64,000 nt of DNA from an uncultured Chloroflexia bacterium (GTDB taxonomy: Bacteria > Chloroflexota > Chloroflexia > QHBQ01 > JADMIH01). Positions 60,604-64,000 of the stretch are shown in pieces (positions within the stretch are counted from its first letter, which is position 1; each line of letters starts with the position of its first letter). The notes below the pieces were generated by a model that was not told where the DNA came from, made no database searches, and worked only from the letters and a program-made list of their open reading frames with translations. The DNA is taken from assembly GCA_963797095.1 (NCBI GenBank), contig CAWCNY010000002.1:1306110-1370109 (forward strand), read 5' to 3'. The translations under genes were made by a program, and so were the position numbers.

Positions 60604-61293
60604 ATGGCACGAAAACAAAAACGCTTCCGCGACCGAACGCACGCAGGCTACGAGTTATCGCAAGACCTTGAGCGCTTCCTGCATGACAAGAAGGCATTTG
60701 TGCTGGCTGTGCCGCCTGATGGTGCGCCGGTTGGTGCCTCCATTGCAATGGAGCTAAATGCGCCCTTCGATATCGTGGTGTCGCGCCGGATGCTGGCCGC
60801 GGGCAACCCCGACGAAACGCTGGGCGCGATCACTCCAGACCGCACGCTGGTGCTCAACAAGCCTCTTATTTCTCGGCTTGGCCTCGGCGACAATGAAGTA
60901 GATCAAATCTCGATCCCGGAGTGGACTGAGGCCCAACGTTCCATGCAGCGCTACCGGCGTGGGAGGGCCTACCCGCACTTAGGAGGCTATACGGCGGTTA
61001 TCGTGGACGATGGGCTTACGACGGGCTATACGGCCATGGGCGCAATTATCTCAGCCCGCAAAATGGAGCCGGACGGGATCATACTGGCTGTGCCTGTATC
61101 GTCCCTGGCCGCCATGGAACGACTGCGCGACTATGTCGACTCGCTGCTCGCCCTGGAGATCAGCTCCGAAGACAACTTTTCGGTGGAGAATTACTATTCC
61201 GAATACCCCATTATGACCGAGCAAGAGGTAATCTGGACGCTGGACCACTTATGGCGCGACCGCGCCGCCGGTGAGTACCACGAAACGTTCTGA
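60604..61293 (+). CDS. Phosphoribosyltransferase-family protein
   Basis: FRDRTHAG, IVDDGLTTGYT PRPP loop, LAVPV. Confidence 0.88.
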   Translation: MARKQKRFRDRTHAGYELSQDLERFLHDKKAFVLAVPPDGAPVGASIAMELNAPFDIVVSRRMLAAGNPDETLGAITPDRTLVLNKPLISRLGLGDNEVDQISIPEWTEAQRSMQRYRRGRAYPHLGGYTAVIVDDGLTTGYTAMGAIISARKMEPDGIILAVPVSSLAAMERLRDYVDSLLALEISSEDNFSVENYYSEYPIMTEQEVIWTLDHLWRDRAAGEYHETF

Positions 61294-61297
61294 ATGC

Positions 61298-61327
61298 AAA
61301 GAGCCGGGCACAAACCCGGCTCTTTTT
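61298..61327. terminator. Bidirectional terminator
   Basis: AAAGAGCCGGG-CACAAA-CCCGGCTCTTTTT. Confidence 0.8.
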
Positions 61328-61359
61328 GATCGAAGGCTGAACTAATAACTCTCCTATAG

Positions 61360-61433
61360 TAGCGCGTAGGGGATTCGAACCCCTGATCTTCTCCTTGAAA
61401 GGGAGATGTCCTGGGCCTCTAGACGAACGCGCC
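61360..61433 (-). tRNA. tRNA-Glu(TTC)
   Basis: GGCGCGTTCGTCTAGAGGCCCAGGACATCTCC-CTTTCAA-GGAGAAGATCAGGGGTTCGAATCCCCTACGCGCTA; the cloverleaf closes; followed by CTA rather than CCA. Confidence 0.95.
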
Positions 61434-61810
61434 AGAAACAACTTCGGACTTCGGTACCCAAATCCCTCTGGCCGATGCCCGCTGCTCATTTTGGTAGGAG
61501 GGTTTGACTAGCCAAAGTTGGGGATCTGATAGGGTCAAACCATCCTACTTATTGTACCAGAAGTATCGGGTAGTGGCAACCTGGCTCGTTTCGCCGCGAC
61601 ATAGCGCCACGACTAATTCTGAATTGCAGAGTATGACACCTGGCAGTAACGGCGCGATATGTTCAGATTACCCCCACCAATGCCAGCGGGTGTGGCGCAA
61701 AGTAAGGTAATACAGAGAGATAGCAGGCTGATCCCTATCGCCAGAGAGAACCCTCTTTCATATCATCTTGATATGATCTGCCTTGATGCTCGCTCGGAAA
61801 CACGTATATG

Positions 61811-63805
61811 TCAACGCCTTCGTGGTCTGTGCAAGCCAAGCAGCCCGAGCGCCACGCACAATAGCGAAAGAGCGACGATAGGCAAGCCGAGCGCGAGCAT
61901 GGCCTTTTTACCCATGCCCGTCGCAGCCATGTATACGGGCCATAGATCGAGGGTGAAGTGGCTGTTGGGGTCGTAATACCACACCGCGCTCCCGAAATAT
62001 GGCGGTGGATCGAGGTCGTCCAGAAAGCGGTAGTCCAACACCTGCCCATCTTTGCTGATGGTGAAGCTATCTACCCTCACGCCAAGTTGCTCGTCGCGAT
62101 TGCTTTGCCCCACCTCCAGTGGGTTCCAGGTGTCACTGTTAATGACTACATGTGTGGGACGCGTATTTATACTAAAAGCATAATCGGTGCTTACAGGGCT
62201 GCCCGGCACAGGCAATCCCTCCACTCGCTCGCCGTCCACAAGCACGGCAACAGAGGCGCGGGGCAGCATAGGTGGGCGGTGGTCCGAAAGGCGCAGCGTC
62301 ACCGTCACTGGCGTATCTGCCGGAGAGGGCCACACGTCAAGAGCCGCCCTGCCGATTGTCCAGCGGGGAAGCAGTTCGCCCTGCTCGCGGTTTCCCTCAC
62401 TGTAAGAGAAGTCATGCTTGAAGACGACACTATTGTCGCCAGGGTCAACAAAGCCGAGCTTACGGTGCAACTCACTGTACAGCAAGCGAGCATGTCCAAA
62501 GATAGGCGCGGCTTCGAGCGTGAAGTGCCGTGCTTCGTCGTTGTATCCGCTGTTGATGTAGGTGTCGAAGTTGACAAGCACCCCGAGCAGGTTTATCGAG
62601 AAGCCAAGCCCGACCAGCACAGCCAGCGCAACTCGCCCCCATTCCCGGTGCGACTCGATAGCCGATTTCACTGCCTGCAGCGAGGGCAGCATCATCAAAG
62701 GCAGCACAGGCACGAGATAGCGCGGCCCCCACGAGCCGTCGCCGTGCCAGAAGGGGTAGAGTGCGAACAGTGTTAGCACGGGTAGCGCGACCAGAGCGAA
62801 AAGCAAAGCCTCGGCCTTGAACTTACGGGCGAAACGAGGTAGGCCCCATAGAGTGAGCAGCACGGGCAGAGCGTACCATACGATGCCTTTGCCCGGCGAC
62901 AGGAGGAGTCCGTATAGTCCCTCAGCGAGAGGGTAGGTGAAGATGCTGCGCAGGTCGGTTCCATAGCCCGTTGTGAACACGTTTCCGAACGAGGTGTAGT
63001 TGTACACAAGTAGAGGAACGAGGCCCACGAGCAGGCCGCCGGCCCACCAGGCGGACAGTCCCACTGTCTGCCGAGGGGTAGACATGGTGTTTGACACTCG
63101 CCACCACACATATACCTGGAAGGCAGGCAACGCGACCACATACTGCACCTTGGTAGCAACCGCCAGCGCGAACAGAGCGCCCGATAAAGCAAGCAGCAGG
63201 TCGGCCCTGCGCGTCGCCTGCGGAGCATTGTGCGTGGACAAGAAGACCAGATAGAAAGAGGCGAACAGGCAGAGCGCCACCAGCGTTTCCGAAAAGAAGG
63301 TGCGACTGTGAGGCCACAAAAACGTCGCAAAAGCGAACGATCCTGCTGTGAACAGGCTAGCCTTGCGTGAGTAGCCCAGGCCCAGTCCCAAAGCCGCGAA
63401 CAGTCCAACGATGCCTGAGGCCATAAGTACATCGAATGTGGCATCCACAAGCCTCAGCACGAAACCTGCCTGATCGTTTGGGAAGAGCTTGCCCATGAGT
63501 AGCCCGGCGGCGGTCCACGGCACCGCAGCCAGTGCCTGTCCCGGCCCGTACTGGCTGTACAGGTGCTCGTTCACCCCTCTCACCTGCACCAGGTTGGTGT
63601 CGCGCGACATCACCCATGTGCCCCGCGTTACGAGCGTTCTCGACGCCTCAAGCATCGTTTCTTCGTCGCGTGAGTAGGTGTGGCCCGACATGGTGAGCAG
63701 GTACACGCCAAGCACCACCAGCATAAAGGCCAGGGGCAAATTGCTCGAGGTAACAGCTCTCGCACGCGCCAATGGGCCTGCGGTGAGCTTAGGCACAGCG
63801 GACAT
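61811..63805 (-). CDS. Multi-TM GT-C fold (PMT/ArnT-like) glycosyltransferase with an extracellular C-terminal domain
   Basis: DE motif after TM1 (SRDEE), YGPG, FSE, GLYGLLLSPGKG, WGPRYL. Confidence 0.75.
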   Translation of the reverse strand: MSAVPKLTAGPLARARAVTSSNLPLAFMLVVLGVYLLTMSGHTYSRDEETMLEASRTLVTRGTWVMSRDTNLVQVRGVNEHLYSQYGPGQALAAVPWTAAGLLMGKLFPNDQAGFVLRLVDATFDVLMASGIVGLFAALGLGLGYSRKASLFTAGSFAFATFLWPHSRTFFSETLVALCLFASFYLVFLSTHNAPQATRRADLLLALSGALFALAVATKVQYVVALPAFQVYVWWRVSNTMSTPRQTVGLSAWWAGGLLVGLVPLLVYNYTSFGNVFTTGYGTDLRSIFTYPLAEGLYGLLLSPGKGIVWYALPVLLTLWGLPRFARKFKAEALLFALVALPVLTLFALYPFWHGDGSWGPRYLVPVLPLMMLPSLQAVKSAIESHREWGRVALAVLVGLGFSINLLGVLVNFDTYINSGYNDEARHFTLEAAPIFGHARLLYSELHRKLGFVDPGDNSVVFKHDFSYSEGNREQGELLPRWTIGRAALDVWPSPADTPVTVTLRLSDHRPPMLPRASVAVLVDGERVEGLPVPGSPVSTDYAFSINTRPTHVVINSDTWNPLEVGQSNRDEQLGVRVDSFTISKDGQVLDYRFLDDLDPPPYFGSAVWYYDPNSHFTLDLWPVYMAATGMGKKAMLALGLPIVALSLLCVALGLLGLHRPRRR

Positions 63806-64000
63806 TGCGGTGATTATAGAGCAGCATTTACCCTTTTACAACTCTGCATTTCTGAGTTCTTCCAGGCCCGAAAGTGCCTCCTAATTTTGTCCAGTACTGT
63901 GCTCTCTGCGTTCAGATGGCCTCCAACTTTCGGGGAATCAAAAAAGGCGCATCAGTACTGTGCTCTACGCACGCATGATGCAACCATTTTCCGCCTATGA

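Noticed and set aside
61357-61359. tRNA-Glu ends in CTA rather than CCA
   Set aside because: Non-encoded CCA is common in many bacteria and is added post-transcriptionally; not evidence of a pseudogene.
52777-61433. Integrase-like gene plus tRNA-Glu as the borders of an integrated element
   Set aside because: No duplicated tRNA 3' end was seen, the intervening genes look like ordinary chromosomal genes, and the recombinase motifs are degenerate.

Overview
This is a GC-rich bacterial chromosomal window, most likely from Chloroflexota (Chloroflexia-like). That assignment is an inference from the 'YFERAVFE'-type surface repeats, GMPxTG-type sorting signals, Thr/Pro-rich surface proteins and heptamer short tandem repeats. 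The housekeeping backbone comprises dnaG-rpoD, CIRCE-controlled groES-groEL, nrtR-nadB-nadC-nadA, udg, rnj, ftsK, an MgtE-like cytosolic module and tRNA-Glu. Interleaved with it are four mucin-like Thr/Pro-rich surface proteins, several hydrolases, an ECF sigma/anti-sigma pair and two GT-C type glycosyltransferases. The most notable observations are: (1) a GGDEF-ribbon-helix-helix fusion gene whose own promoter is overlapped by two copies of a 10-bp palindrome, suggesting an autoregulated DNA-binding diguanylate cyclase; (2) a c-di-GMP-I riboswitch in front of a CAP-domain surface protein; (3) two convergent secreted-enzyme genes sharing a perfect 149-bp inverted repeat whose inversion would swap domains in frame; (4) a ~330-bp protein-free element bounded by IS200/IS605-type hairpins, a possible orphan omega/re-RNA; (5) a DnaA-box cluster upstream of dnaG; (6) a catalytically degenerate tyrosine-recombinase-fold protein next to an 11-copy heptamer array. 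Two genes look interrupted (a 1-bp frameshift and an in-frame TGA), and these may be sequencing errors. All calls come from motif recognition by eye; no database searches were run.
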